Positions 63,265 to 64,000 of a stretch of DNA of 64,000 nt are shown here, piece after piece. A program made the position numbers and the translations under genes. Every line of letters starts with the position of its first letter. Position 1 is the stretch's first letter. Source of the stretch: Camelus ferus (Eukaryota); assembly GCF_009834535.1 (NCBI RefSeq), contig NC_045697.1, positions 105,278,001-105,342,000 of the forward strand, given 5' to 3'. The notes under the pieces are model-generated. The model did not search any database. It saw nothing but the letters and a program-made list of their open reading frames with translations, and was not told the DNA's origin.

Positions 63265-63595
63265 TAATGGAGGTACTGGGGATAGAACCCAGGACCTCAT
63301 GCATGCTAAGCATGTACTCTACCACTGAGCTATACCACCCCCTCCAGAATGCCTTCTTAATGGAGAAGAGGGCAAGCTGAGCCCTGAAGTCCTAACAGGT
63401 CAGGTGTACATGAGGAGCAAGGAGGTTGTGTGGCTGGCAGGGATGCAGGGAAGACTGCCCAAAGATGATGGAAAACTTGGAAGAAATTCAGCAGAGAGAG
63501 TGCTGTGAGAGAGAAGGTTAAAGTTTGGACTTTTTCTCCTAAGGGCAATGGGAAGTCACCAAAAGACTGAACCAGGGATCTTGACTGAGAGGATC
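63030..63595 (-). mobile_element. LINE-2 relic containing a vic-1-type SINE
   Basis: GTCCTCATG..CTAGAAGGGAGGACAG..GTTTGGACTTTTTCTCCTAAGGGCAATGGGAAGTCAC. Confidence 0.6.
63230..63345 (-). mobile_element. Short vic-1-type / tRNA-Ala(AGC)-derived retroposon
   Basis: Minus strand reads GGTATAGCTCAGTGGTAGAGTACATGCTTAGCATGCATGAGGTCCTGGGTTCTATCCCCAGTACCTCCA plus poly-A. TSD GAACACCTTCTT / GAATGCCTTCTT. Confidence 0.85.
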
Positions 63596-64000
63596 CTAAG
63601 TACTGACAGTCAGGATTTTTCAAATATTAAACGCTAAGACTGTTAGAGTAAGACAAGTCATTATTATATAAAATAATCATTAAGAAAAAAACTTTCGATT
63701 TCTTGACCATCGGGATGTGCGATCTGGAAAACACCAAACAGATACATATCTCTGTGTTGAAATCTGACAGTTGACAGTCTCAGGGAGATGTGAAGTTAAG
63801 TTGCATAATTATTGGACTTCCATGTTTTAGTCTAAGAAAACGTAGTACCAAGGAATTAAAAAAAAATACATACCTTAATTAAATAACGGCAACCATCTGC
63901 ACAGTTCACATTTACAGATGTGCCAAGGATATGCTAAGGACTCTGACTGTATTTTTCATTTCTTCCCTACAATCCCCCCAAATGAATTAAGTCGATTCTC

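Noticed and set aside
63267..63345. Possible functional tRNA-Ala gene (also 43085-43160)
   Set aside because: Poly-A tail, TSDs, stem mismatches and CpG decay indicate retroposed SINE copies.
63874..63933. 60-nt open segment ending at a strong minus-strand donor AAG|gtatgt
   Set aside because: The only in-frame acceptor has no pyrimidine tract, and longer versions contain stops.
1..64000. CRISPR array, operon or prokaryotic defence system
   Set aside because: The sequence is mammalian; there is no repeat-spacer periodicity and no gene-dense coding structure.

Overview
Mammalian genomic DNA, very probably camelid (alpaca, llama or camel), judged from two tRNA-Ala-derived vic-1-type SINEs and cetartiodactyl-type L1 3' ends. 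The window is AT-rich, non-coding and dense in repeats. It contains many 5'-truncated L1s (several with readable target-site duplications, TSDs), L2 and MIR relics, MLT1 and ERV1-type solo LTRs, hAT elements (MER33, MER119, MER5), microsatellites, and a near-full-length Tigger1 that sits inside a MIR and carries two L1 insertions. I recognise no host gene and no certain coding exon. The supplied ORFs are transposon remnants or look like chance ORFs. An apparent A/C excess on the + strand (judged by eye, not computed) suggests a long intron of a minus-strand gene. The best leads are: three minus-strand splice-flanked segments (72, 48 and 81 nt), each open only in phase 2; a (GGGTCA)7 nuclear-receptor/telomere-variant array grown out of a MIR; a 48-bp near-perfect dispersed duplication of unique sequence; recursive-splice-like AG|GTAAG sites; and several repeat-free, motif-rich blocks that may be enhancers. 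Repeat family names come from recalled consensus sequences, boundaries are approximate, and no search was run. I see no evidence for a novel multi-gene system.
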